From: Magnetococcales bacterium
GTDB taxonomy: Bacteria > Pseudomonadota > Magnetococcia > Magnetococcales > JADFXB01
Reading direction: 5' to 3'
Assembly: GCA_015233935.1 (NCBI GenBank)
Contig: JADFXB010000005.1
Span: 4,070 to 68,069 of the forward strand
Length of the DNA: 64,000 bases
Shown: positions 46,177 through 55,308 of the stretch, one piece after another
Layout of the letters: every line of letters starts with the position of its first letter
Position numbering within the stretch: the first letter of the stretch is position 1
Made by a program: the position numbers and the translations under genes
Notes under the pieces: generated by a model
What the model saw: the letters and a program-made list of their open reading frames with translations, nothing else
What the model was told of the DNA's origin: nothing
The model's database searches: none

Positions 46177-48012
46177 TCACGGATGTTGCAGTACATAGAG
46201 ACCACCGGTGATGGTCTGGTCTTTTTCCAGGCGCAAAGGAATTTTAACAAAAGAGAGCAGGTTGAAGCCGTTGGTTGCTGCCAGATTTTGAATATAGGAC
46301 AAGGCATGGGCGTAGCGACCCGATGGGCGCAGGGCGAAGGTGCCTGCATCCAAATGTTCGGTGGAAAAGGCCAGCAGTGCACCGGGAGAGGCGTGGTCGG
46401 CCACAGCCTTGAAGAGGGAATCCAGCGCACCCACATAGATGAACACGTCGCCAGCCAGAAAAAGATCCCATGGGGCTTCCATAGAGTTCAGAAGGGTTTC
46501 AATCTCACCCAGCAAAAGTTCATCATAGACCTGTTTGGACTTGGCCAGGGCGATCATTTTTTCCGCCAGGTCGATGCCCAGCAAGTGATCCACATGGGGA
46601 CGGAAAGCCATACCCACCAGTCCGGTGCCACAGCCCATGTCCAGTGTGCGGGCAAAGCGGCGTTGTGGGGCGGCCTCCTGCACGGCCTGCAACAGGCGTT
46701 GCGGGGTGTCGTATTTAAGCTCCTGCACCAGATGATGTTCAAATTTATCTGCATACTGGTTGAACAGGTTGGAAATATACTGGGCCGGGGCATGTTCCGG
46801 GTTTTCGCCCTGGATGGCGGCCAGCATGTGGTGCACGGCCACCAAGGAGGGATCCAGAGTCAGTGCTTGCTGATAGCAGTTGACCGCCTCCGCCATTCGC
46901 CCCTGGCTTTTAAGCAGGTTGCCCAGATTGTTGAAAGCCCAGGCATGGCCGGGTTGCAAACGGATGGTTTGCCGAAAAGCCTCTTCCGCCTCCTGCAAGC
47001 GTTTTTCATCCCGGAGAAAGTTGCCCAAATTATAGTAACCATCCACATAGTCGGGGGCCATGGCAAGGGCCTTACGGAAGGCCGCTTCTGCCTCACCGGG
47101 ACGTTGGCAGGCAGCCAGCAGGTTGCCCAGATTGTTCCAGCTACCGTGGTGGTCCGGCTTGTGCTGCAAGACATGGCGCAGGGCTTGTTCGGCCTCCTCC
47201 AGACGCCCTTGCTCCTTGCAGAGTTGGGCCAAATCCACACTCACCTGCCACAGATCGGGCTGCCATTCCAGTGCTTGCTGGTAGGCAGAGATGGCCTCCT
47301 GATAGCGTTTTTGTTGGCGAAGAAAGTTGCCCAGGTTGGCGTGGCTGGCCGCTCGCTGGGGAGATTGGGTCACCTCATGGCGCAACAGGGCTTCCGCCTC
47401 GGGCAAACGATGGCTTTCCTGTAAGAGCAGAACCAGATTAAGGCGGGCGGTGGGGTGGTCGGGTTGGCAAGCCAACAAACGGCGCAGCACCGGTTCGGCC
47501 TCTGCCAGCCGTTGTTCCTCCAAAAGAAGCTGGGCCAGACGGGAGAGTGCTTCAGGCAGGTCTGGATAAAGGGCCAGGGCCTGACGAAAAGAGGCTTCCG
47601 CCTGCTTCAATTGGTTTTGGTCAGCCAGCACCACACCACGGGCAAGGGCCAGATTCACCAAGGCTTCCGCTGCCTGCGGGGCCAAGGCGACGGCTTGCTG
47701 GAAGGCGGTCATGGCCTCCTGGAACCGCCCCATTTGATAGCAGGTAGCCCCCAGATTGACATGAATTTCATGATCCTCCGGTGCCAGTTGGGCCGCCTTC
47801 CGGTAGCAAGACAGGGCACCCTCCAAATTTCCCTGCGCTCGAAGAAGATTTCCCAAATTATAGTGGGCCGGCATGAAGTTGGCATCCAGGAACAGGGCCT
47901 GCTGGTAGAAAGCCTTGGCCAATACCAAATTACCTTGTGCCATGGCTTGGTTGCCCTTGTTTTTCAAGGAAACCGGGTTGTCTTGCGGGGGAATGTTCAC
48001 GCCAGGCTCCAT
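46177..48012 (-). CDS. TPR-repeat protein fused to a class I SAM-dependent methyltransferase
   Basis: About 10 TPR units (AxxxYxxAL patterns throughout) and C-terminal motif I LDMGCGTGLVG. Confidence 0.85.
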   Translation of the reverse strand: MEPGVNIPPQDNPVSLKNKGNQAMAQGNLVLAKAFYQQALFLDANFMPAHYNLGNLLRAQGNLEGALSCYRKAAQLAPEDHEIHVNLGATCYQMGRFQEAMTAFQQAVALAPQAAEALVNLALARGVVLADQNQLKQAEASFRQALALYPDLPEALSRLAQLLLEEQRLAEAEPVLRRLLACQPDHPTARLNLVLLLQESHRLPEAEALLRHEVTQSPQRAASHANLGNFLRQQKRYQEAISAYQQALEWQPDLWQVSVDLAQLCKEQGRLEEAEQALRHVLQHKPDHHGSWNNLGNLLAACQRPGEAEAAFRKALAMAPDYVDGYYNLGNFLRDEKRLQEAEEAFRQTIRLQPGHAWAFNNLGNLLKSQGRMAEAVNCYQQALTLDPSLVAVHHMLAAIQGENPEHAPAQYISNLFNQYADKFEHHLVQELKYDTPQRLLQAVQEAAPQRRFARTLDMGCGTGLVGMAFRPHVDHLLGIDLAEKMIALAKSKQVYDELLLGEIETLLNSMEAPWDLFLAGDVFIYVGALDSLFKAVADHASPGALLAFSTEHLDAGTFALRPSGRYAHALSYIQNLAATNGFNLLSFVKIPLRLEKDQTITGGLYVLQHP

Positions 48013-48285
48013 CGTGTTGGGAAGGGATCGAATTTCCAGAACGTTGATGTTATCCCCCCAGTTTGATCCATGGGGAAAAAATTTGTCAACATAGGGAGTT
48101 TAACCAAGATACCAGGTTCCTGTTTCTCTACCCAGGCCTATAAAATGATCTTTCCCTCAAATAACGGTTGCTAATGGCAGCAGTAAGATTATGATAGAAT
48201 CTGAAGATCACAAGTATTTTGGAAGGGTAACCTGCATAGGTTGGCCCCCTTGGCAGGCCCTCAAAAAAGTGAGTAGGTCACCTTC

Positions 48286-50625
48286 ATGCCTTATGTCTAC
48301 ATGCAAAAAATTTTAGCAATAATTTTATTATGGAGCATTCTGGTTATTGCCTCCCTCTCCTGGAATATTCTAAATCAATACCACAACACTGAAACCCTGT
48401 TAATTGACACTGCCAGGGCCAATTTTTTTAAGGATCAGGCCTTTCGCTTGTGGGCTTCCATGCATGGTGGGGTGTATGTCCCTGCCAACAAGGTTACTCC
48501 ACCCAATTCCAATCTGGGCCATCTACCGGAACGAGATATCACCACCCCCTCTGGACGTGTACTGACTCTGATGAATCCCGCCTATATGGTGCGGCAAATG
48601 TTTTCCTTGTTCCCTGGCTATTATGGAGTTACAGGGCGCATTACCAGCCTGCGTCCGATCAACCCGGATAACGCCCCCGATGCCTGGGAGGCGGATGCAC
48701 TGCATCAATTTGAACGGGGGGTGGAAGAGGTTGTCGCTTTTACCGAATTGGGCGGTGAACCGGTACTTCGTTTGATGAGACCCATGATCACCCGGAGCGA
48801 TTGTCTTAAATGCCATACCAAACAAGGGTATCAGGAGGGGGATGTAAGGGGAGGGGTGGGTGTGGTGGTACCTGCCAAGGAATTTATAAGCAACAGGAAC
48901 CAGACCATCCTTCGTTTGGTGATCTCTTACGCCCTGGTCTGGTTGGTGGGATTGGGCGGTATTCTCTGGTTCAGTAGTCGGCTACAAAAATTTTTTCAGG
49001 CTTTGAAAAAAAATCAGGAGCTGCTGGAGCACAAGGTCATGAAACGCACCTCCGATCTGGAGGAGACCACCCGCATGTTTCGCACCATGGTGGAGTTCAC
49101 CAACGATTGGGAATATTGGGTCGCTCCCAATCAAAAAATTCTCTATATGTCACCCTCTTGTCAGTTGGTGAGTGGATACTCACATCAAGAATTTGAGGCC
49201 GATCCCACCCTTATAGTGCAGGTGATCCATCCACAGGATCGCCCCATGTATGTGCAGCATTTACAAGAAAATCATCCGGATGGGAAGGATCCGGATCGCA
49301 TTCATCAGACGACGTTTCGTATTGTCCACCGCAGTGGACAAATACGCAAAATCGAGCATGTTTGCCGGGCAGTGCGGGGTGAACACGGGGAATATTTGGG
49401 CAGGCGGGTATCCAACCGGGATATTACGGACCGGGTGCGTTTGCAGGAGCGTTTATCCCATTTGATGGAGGCTTTGCCCACTTTATTGGTTGAGGTGGAC
49501 CATCTGGATCGGGTCATTCTTTGGAATCAGGCGGCGGAACAGATCCTTGGTTTGCCACGGGAGCAGGTATTGGGCAACCATTTTCTGGATCTGACCCTGC
49601 AATGGGAGTGGCCAATTCTCTTTGATGCCCTGGACCGTGCCATCACCAAAGGGGAGGTGGTGATCCTTCCTCGATTGCGATATGTGCATCCCCATGGTCA
49701 TGCCATCCATCTGGAACTTACCCTGTTTGGTTACGATGAGCAGGCGGATCGTAAAATTATGCTATTGGGGAGCGACATTACCGAAAAACTCACCATGGAA
49801 ACCCGTGCCTTCCAGGCCAGCAAGCTGGAAGCGGTGGGAACCCTGGCTGCGGGCATTGCCCATGAGATCAACACCCCGGTGCAGTTTATTGGGGGTGGCA
49901 TTTATTTCCTCAAGGAAGCTTTTGTGCTTTTGTCTGAATTGAGTGAAAAATCGGTTGAAAAAGCCAATTTGACCCAAGAGGAGAAGGAATCTCTGGAGTT
50001 TTATCGACAGGAAATACCGGCCTCCCTGGAGCAGATCAAAGAGGGTGTCAACCGGATTACCACCATTGTGGGGGCCATGAAGGCCTTTTCCTACTCCTCT
50101 GGTACCGATTTTTCTCCCGCCGACTTAAACCAGGCCCTCAACAACACTCTCGTGATCGCGCGCAATGAAATCAAATATGTGGCGGATGTTGCGCTGGATT
50201 TGGACCCGGATATTCCGGCGGTTCCTTGTCTGCTGCATGAGATCAACCAGGTGATTCTAAATTTGGTGATCAACGCCGCCCACGCCATTCGGGACAATCT
50301 GGAAAACCTGGACAATCAGCGGGGAACCATTCGTCTGGTCAGTCGTTGTGTGGGAAACAATGCGGTAATTCAGGTGTGCGACAATGGAGCTGGTATTCCA
50401 AAAGAAATTCAAGACCGGGTTTTTGAACCCTTTTTTACCACCAAACCGGTAGGGCAAGGGACTGGACAAGGTTTGGCCATTTGTCATGCCGTGGTGTGTC
50501 GGCATCATGGGGGAACCATCACCTTTGAAAGTCAGTTGGGAGTAGGAACCTGTTTTACCGTGACCTTGCCCTTGCAAAGAAAACCTTCATCCAAGGAACC
50601 GGTGGCATGGAAAAATGGCGATTAA
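48286..50625 (+). CDS. Sensor histidine kinase with DUF3365 (Tll0287-like, c-type heme CxxCH) sensor domain and PAS domains
   Basis: N-terminal TM segment, then CLKCH at nt 48802-48816 within ...MRPMITRSDCLKCHTKQGYQEGDVRGGVGV. H-box AHEINTPVQF, N-box LNLVINAAHAI, G1 DNGAGIP, G2 GQGTGQGLAI. Confidence 0.88.
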   Translation: MPYVYMQKILAIILLWSILVIASLSWNILNQYHNTETLLIDTARANFFKDQAFRLWASMHGGVYVPANKVTPPNSNLGHLPERDITTPSGRVLTLMNPAYMVRQMFSLFPGYYGVTGRITSLRPINPDNAPDAWEADALHQFERGVEEVVAFTELGGEPVLRLMRPMITRSDCLKCHTKQGYQEGDVRGGVGVVVPAKEFISNRNQTILRLVISYALVWLVGLGGILWFSSRLQKFFQALKKNQELLEHKVMKRTSDLEETTRMFRTMVEFTNDWEYWVAPNQKILYMSPSCQLVSGYSHQEFEADPTLIVQVIHPQDRPMYVQHLQENHPDGKDPDRIHQTTFRIVHRSGQIRKIEHVCRAVRGEHGEYLGRRVSNRDITDRVRLQERLSHLMEALPTLLVEVDHLDRVILWNQAAEQILGLPREQVLGNHFLDLTLQWEWPILFDALDRAITKGEVVILPRLRYVHPHGHAIHLELTLFGYDEQADRKIMLLGSDITEKLTMETRAFQASKLEAVGTLAAGIAHEINTPVQFIGGGIYFLKEAFVLLSELSEKSVEKANLTQEEKESLEFYRQEIPASLEQIKEGVNRITTIVGAMKAFSYSSGTDFSPADLNQALNNTLVIARNEIKYVADVALDLDPDIPAVPCLLHEINQVILNLVINAAHAIRDNLENLDNQRGTIRLVSRCVGNNAVIQVCDNGAGIPKEIQDRVFEPFFTTKPVGQGTGQGLAICHAVVCRHHGGTITFESQLGVGTCFTVTLPLQRKPSSKEPVAWKNGD

Positions 50626-51767
50626 TCTTTGTGGATGATGAAAGTGGTATCCTTTCCACCATGCGCCGGATTATGTGGAGAAAACGGGAGCAATGGCAGG
50701 TGGATTTTGCCTCTTCCGGGCTGGATGGGCTGGAACTTTTGCGCCAATTTTCCCCCCATGTGGTGATTTCCGACATGCGCATGCCAGGCATGGAAGGGGC
50801 GGAATTTCTAGCTCAGGTGGCCCAAAGTCATCCGGCCACGGTGCGCATCATCATGACGGGCAACTCCAGTGTGGAGACATTCATCAAGGTGGTGGGACCG
50901 GTTCATATGGTGTTGTATAAACCGGTGGAGCCGGACCATTTTATCGAGTTGATCGACCGTCTCGCCTATTTGTTTTCCATGCCCATATCTTTGCAGGCAA
51001 GACATTTTCTTGGCTCGGTCACCTCCCTGCCTTTGGTGCCAACCTTGCACCATCAATTGATGAAAGCCTTGAACGATCCGGGATGTACCTTTGATAAAAT
51101 CAGTGAAATCATTGCTATGGACCCTGCCTTGACAGCCAAAATTCTCCATTTAATCAATTCGGCCTTGTTTGGTCTCACCCGCAAGGTGGTGAGACTGGAG
51201 GATGCCATTCGTTTACTGGGCATGGATATTATTCGCTCCCTGGCCTTGGGCACCACCTTTTTTTCCCGCTTTGATGGGATGGTTGCTGGCAAAACCGTGG
51301 AGTCCATGGCTTATCAAAGCTTGCAGGTTGCCCGTTGCGCCAAATGGATTGCTGGACGCCTGACCAACGATCCCCAGGTAAGGGATGAAGCCTTTCTGGC
51401 TGGTTTGCTGCATCGGCTGGGTTATTTGGTGGTTCTTGCCCAACAAGCGGAGGAACGCACCGATGAATCCGATGCAATTCCTTTGGAGAAAGATGAGCAA
51501 ATACAGGGCTGGATGGGGGCATTTTTGTTGGGATTATGGGGACTTTCATCCAGCATCATGGGTGTGATGGCCTTTTATTTACGCCCCCAATCTGCCCCAA
51601 GACCCGATTGCCCGGTATTGTTGGCGGTGCATCTGGCCCATGCCCATTGCCGGCGAACCCTACCTGAGGAGCAGGTTTTGAGCAAAATAGGGGGTTCGGA
51701 AACTTGGGTGGGATGGCAAAAGGAGTTGCAAAAATTTTTACTGTATGGAGAAAAAAACCATGGATAG
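50607..51767 (+). CDS. Response regulator, REC + HDOD domains
   Basis: REC (LIFVDDE...VVISDMRMPGMEG...IIMTG). HDOD (LNDPGCTFDKISEIIAMDPALTAKILHLINSALFGL). It overlaps the kinase gene by 19 nt. Confidence 0.88.
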   Translation: MEKWRLIFVDDESGILSTMRRIMWRKREQWQVDFASSGLDGLELLRQFSPHVVISDMRMPGMEGAEFLAQVAQSHPATVRIIMTGNSSVETFIKVVGPVHMVLYKPVEPDHFIELIDRLAYLFSMPISLQARHFLGSVTSLPLVPTLHHQLMKALNDPGCTFDKISEIIAMDPALTAKILHLINSALFGLTRKVVRLEDAIRLLGMDIIRSLALGTTFFSRFDGMVAGKTVESMAYQSLQVARCAKWIAGRLTNDPQVRDEAFLAGLLHRLGYLVVLAQQAEERTDESDAIPLEKDEQIQGWMGAFLLGLWGLSSSIMGVMAFYLRPQSAPRPDCPVLLAVHLAHAHCRRTLPEEQVLSKIGGSETWVGWQKELQKFLLYGEKNHG

Positions 51768-52911
51768 GGATGAAAAAGTATTATTCGTAGATGACGACGC
51801 CTTGGTACTCAAGGATTTTATTCGTTTGTTTGGCCGCCGTTATCGGGTAAGTACGGCTCCCAATGTGGTGGAGGCCATGAAATGGATACACCAGGAGGGT
51901 CCATTTGCGGTGGTGATTTCCGACCTGAAAATGCCCCTGGTGGATGGTGTGACTTTTTTCAAGCGATTGCATGATACTATACCCGATACGGTGCGGATTT
52001 TATTGACCGGTCATGGCAGCCTGGATGCGGCCATGGATGCCATCAATCAGGGCCATATTTTTCGTTTTCTTACCAAACCTTGTGCACCGGAGATATTGGA
52101 TCAGGCCATACAAGGGGGAATCCGCCAATATCATTTGGTGGTGGCGGAGCGTGAACTGTTGGAAAATACTTTAAAGGGGGCCATCCATATGCTGGTTGGG
52201 GTATTGGGACTGACCAATCCCATAGCCTTTAACCGGGCGGCCCGCATACAGCCTTTGGTGCAACAAATGATGGCCATTTTTAATCCGGCTTCCCCTTGGG
52301 AGTGGGAGACGGCCACCATTCTTTCCCAGATAGGTTGTACCACGCTGTTTCCTGAAATCATTGAAACCCTCTATCTCAAGGGCATCCTGCCACCGGAGGA
52401 GCGTGCTCTTTACGATGAGCATCCCCTGGTGGGGGCGCGTCTGGTGCGACCGATTCCCCGTTTGGAAATGGTGGCGGATATTATCGCCCATCAGGAAAGG
52501 CTTTTTGATGGGCGTGGACCGGGCAGCCAGACTGGTGAAAAAATTCCCCTGGCCGCCAGGGTATTGAAGGTGGCTTTGGATTTTGATTTGCTCAAGGCGC
52601 GTCACAACGATGCCCCGAACGATCAATTATTAAAAATATTGCAAAGTCGAAGTGGTTGGTATGACCCCAAGGTGTTGGAGGTTTTTGCAGGGGTCATGGA
52701 TACCCCACGTCTGGGTCAAATGCGGGAGGTGACGGCGGGTACTTTGCTTAAGGGTATGATTTTGGGCCGTGATTTGGTCACCAAAGATGGCCGGGTACTC
52801 TTAAAATCTGGTAGTTTGGTCACCCAGGCGGTGGTGGAGCGGATTAATTTATTTCGGCAGGGTAGTGGGATAGAGGAGCCTATTTTGGTTTGTGATTTGA
52901 TTGTCAAATAG
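51745..52911 (+). CDS. Response regulator, REC + degenerate HD-GYP-like domain
   Basis: REC (VLFVDDD...VVISDLKMPLVDG...LLTGH). In the output domain SQIGC replaces HDIGK (nt 52324-52329) and AHQERLFDGRGPG replaces HHExxDGxGYP (nt 52486-52524). It overlaps the previous gene by 23 nt (8 nt if the start is ATG 51760). Confidence 0.85.
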   Translation: MEKKTMDRDEKVLFVDDDALVLKDFIRLFGRRYRVSTAPNVVEAMKWIHQEGPFAVVISDLKMPLVDGVTFFKRLHDTIPDTVRILLTGHGSLDAAMDAINQGHIFRFLTKPCAPEILDQAIQGGIRQYHLVVAERELLENTLKGAIHMLVGVLGLTNPIAFNRAARIQPLVQQMMAIFNPASPWEWETATILSQIGCTTLFPEIIETLYLKGILPPEERALYDEHPLVGARLVRPIPRLEMVADIIAHQERLFDGRGPGSQTGEKIPLAARVLKVALDFDLLKARHNDAPNDQLLKILQSRSGWYDPKVLEVFAGVMDTPRLGQMREVTAGTLLKGMILGRDLVTKDGRVLLKSGSLVTQAVVERINLFRQGSGIEEPILVCDLIVK

Positions 52912-53007
52912 GTGTGGTGGTTGTTTGTGTTTCCATGGCTTTTTTGTTGCTACCTTGTTATTCTTGCGAGCTTAGCTTCAACGATTGCAACCTGCGAGAG
53001 AGAGCAT

Positions 53008-53601
53008 ATGAATCGCCGTACCATTATCAAAACCCTGCTGGGATGGGGGGCTGTGGTGGTGCTGACCACTACCCTTTCCCTGGGACATGCGGACAACAAG
53101 AAAGGAACTTCTGCCATGGTCGTTATTTCCACCTCAATGGGGGATATCAAGGTCGAATTGTTTGCGGACAAGGCACCCTTGTCGGTCAATAATTTTCTGG
53201 CCTATGTGGAATCGGGATTTTACAAGGACACCATTTTTCATCGGGTGATTCCTGGTTTCATGGTGCAAGGGGGTGGCATGGATGAAAACATGAGCCAGAA
53301 GACCACCCGTGCACCCATCAAGAATGAGGCGGACAATGGCCTCAAAAACAAGCGGGGCACCCTTGCCATGGCGCGTACCCAGATTGTGGACAGTGCCACC
53401 GCCCAGTTTTTCATCAATGTGGCCGACAATACCTTCCTGGATCATGGCGGGCGTGATTTTGGTTATGCGGTTTTTGGCCAGGTGGTGGAGGGAATGGACA
53501 TTGTGGACAAAATTGTCAACGTTCCACGTGGAAACAAGGGATTTCATCAGGATGTTCCCAAGTCTCCGGTTTTCATCAAGGATGTTCAGTTGGTCAAATA
53601 G
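53008..53601 (+). CDS. Periplasmic cyclophilin-type peptidyl-prolyl isomerase
   Basis: Signal peptide, then [14 protein letters not shown] and [11 protein letters not shown] 53008 is chosen within the track ORF 52912. Confidence 0.92.
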   Translation: MNRRTIIKTLLGWGAVVVLTTTLSLGHADNKKGTSAMVVISTSMGDIKVELFADKAPLSVNNFLAYVESGFYKDTIFHRVIPGFMVQGGGMDENMSQKTTRAPIKNEADNGLKNKRGTLAMARTQIVDSATAQFFINVADNTFLDHGGRDFGYAVFGQVVEGMDIVDKIVNVPRGNKGFHQDVPKSPVFIKDVQLVK

Positions 53602-53604
53602 GGT

Positions 53605-54339
53605 TTAATCAGCGGGGGCCGTTTGGCCCCCGTTGTTTTTCAGGGTAAATTGGCGCAATTGGTTTCGCAGACGGGCATAGTCGGGCAGATAGCCTGCCAC
53701 CGCTGCCCAAAAAGCTGGTGAATGGTTCAGGTGCAACAAATGGCACAGCTCATGGACCAGTACATAATCGATCAACGGCCAGGGCAGTTTGATTAATTGC
53801 CAGTTTAGATTGATCCCACCTCGTCCTGAACAGCTTCCCCAACGACTGCTTTGTCCGCGAATGGTCAATCGTTGCCAGGTGACTCCCATCTGGGCTGCCC
53901 AATGGCGTAATCTTTGGGGCAATAAACCACGTGCCTGCTGACGATACCAGTGGGTGAGGGCCAGTTGAATATCTTCGCTATTTTGGGAAGGAGCCGAAAG
54001 CAGGAGCTGCCCTTCTTCCACCACCCCTTGACCGGTTTTGCCTGCCAGCGGTTTCAGGATCAACACCTCTCCCAGATAAAGAATCGGTGTGTTTTCTCCC
54101 AGGGGGGCGACAACTGGTTTGGCCTGCTGCCGGTGCAGCCGTTCCAGCAACCAGGATTGATGGTGGTGGAGTAGGGCGAGAGCTTGGCTTTTGCTGGCTC
54201 TCGCCGGTGCCCGCAGAATTACTTGTCCGGTGGAGCGCACCTCCACCGCCCAGCGTTTGCGGGAGGCCATGGGTAGCAAATGGCACTCCACTTGGTAGGG
54301 ACCGATTTGCAGGGTTGTGAGAAAAAGGCTTTTCTCCAC
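53605..54339 (-). CDS. YgjP/DUF45-family (M48-like, SprT-like) zinc metallohydrolase
   Basis: WGSCSGRGGINLNWQLIKLPWPLIDYVLVHELCHLLHLNHSPAFW (HExxH). Confidence 0.88.
   Translation of the reverse strand: MEKSLFLTTLQIGPYQVECHLLPMASRKRWAVEVRSTGQVILRAPARASKSQALALLHHHQSWLLERLHRQQAKPVVAPLGENTPILYLGEVLILKPLAGKTGQGVVEEGQLLLSAPSQNSEDIQLALTHWYRQQARGLLPQRLRHWAAQMGVTWQRLTIRGQSSRWGSCSGRGGINLNWQLIKLPWPLIDYVLVHELCHLLHLNHSPAFWAAVAGYLPDYARLRNQLRQFTLKNNGGQTAPAD
53613..53640 (+). terminator. Rho-independent terminator of the PPIase gene, located inside the 3' end of the convergent DUF45 gene
   Basis: CGGGGGCC (53613-53620), loop GTTT, GGCCCCCG (53625-53632), then TTGTTTTT. Confidence 0.6.
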
Positions 54340-54393
54340 CTTTATAGACTCCGTCGCCTGTTGGATGGGGTCCGCCAGGCGACGAAACCGTCA

Positions 54394-54825
54394 TCAGGAG
54401 TAGATTTTCCGCTTATATTCTGCTGCATTTTCCGTCATGGTCAAATGTTTCCGTTCATCTTGCAGCATATATTCCAGCATTTGTCGAATCACGAAATGGT
54501 TGGTTTGTTCCAGGGCGGAGTTGGCCAGGATGATGGATTCGGCTTCGATTTGTTTGTGTTCTTCCAGCAGGCGGTCGATTTCTCCCACTTCTTCTGGGGT
54601 GATGGTGACCAGGCCGTTGGTGATTTGCAGGAGGGTGGTGAGCAATTCTTTGTGTTTTTCTGAATCCCGCAGGATCAGGCGCATGACTTGTTTGACCAGG
54701 TCGCTTTTGGCTTCCGAGATTAAGTGGTTGGCACTTTCAATGGTTTGTTGTTCAACCACCACCCAGCGTTCCAGTGTTTGGGTCAAAATATCGCGACGGA
54801 TAGCGATTTCCTGCTGTGTGCTCAT
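54394..54825 (-). CDS. Hypothetical helical protein (possible ferritin-like four-helix bundle)
   Basis: 143 aa, predicted all-helical by composition. Two E-x-x-H-like segments (DSEKHKELL, QDERKHL) are spaced about 60 aa apart. The family is not recognised. Confidence 0.55.
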   Translation of the reverse strand: MSTQQEIAIRRDILTQTLERWVVVEQQTIESANHLISEAKSDLVKQVMRLILRDSEKHKELLTTLLQITNGLVTITPEEVGEIDRLLEEHKQIEAESIILANSALEQTNHFVIRQMLEYMLQDERKHLTMTENAAEYKRKIYS

Positions 54826-54931
54826 GGATTGTTGCTTTCTAAAAAGGTTAATGAAGGTGTGGGGGATTCATCTGTCCTATAGATTGTCGGGAGGGGGAAA
54901 ATGTTCCCGGTGTAGGGCAAATTAACACAAG

Positions 54932-54948
54932 GTTAATGTTCGTGACAG
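54932..54948 (+). repeat. Copy 1 of repeated motif GTTAATGTTC-N-TGACAG at the left edge of the AT-rich intergenic region
   Basis: GTTAATGTTCGTGACAG at 54932-54948; compare with 55215-55232. Confidence 0.85.
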
Positions 54949-55214
54949 GGTTTATACTTGGTTTTGTGTATGAAATTAACATTGTGTTTACACGTCCAAA
55001 AATAGCTTCTTAATATACGTATTAACAATAATTAATTAAAAATTATGAAAAAATTTGGAATATAACGGTCTAAATATTGGTAAATGCATGCTAAAATTAA
55101 GTTGTCGTCGCCATTGTCTGTATAAATAAATAATTTAAGGCATATAATAATAAGTTTATTATAATTTTCTGCGCCCAACGTCAATTCTTTTATTGCAATA
55201 AATGCAAATTCCAT

Positions 55215-55232
55215 GTTAATGTTCTTTGACAG
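55215..55232 (+). repeat. Copy 2 of the repeated motif at the right edge of the AT-rich intergenic region
   Basis: GTTAATGTTCTTTGACAG at 55215-55232. It has the same orientation as copy 1 and lies 283 nt away. Confidence 0.85.
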
Positions 55233-55255
55233 AAAAGTGAGCCGTAATGTAACAT
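55226..55255 (+). promoter_or_regulatory. Candidate sigma70 promoter of the OmpR-family regulator gene
   Basis: Perfect TTGACA (55226-55231), 18-nt spacer, TAACAT (55250-55255), about 55 nt upstream of ATG 55309. Confidence 0.4.
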
Positions 55256-55308
55256 ATGTGAAGAAGCAATATCGCACTCTCAACCCACCAACACCGCAGG
55301 AGCGAACA

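Noticed and set aside
46183-47424. 413-aa ORF on the plus strand
   Set aside because: It is antisense to the TPR-methyltransferase gene, whose repeat structure and SAM motif make it the real gene.
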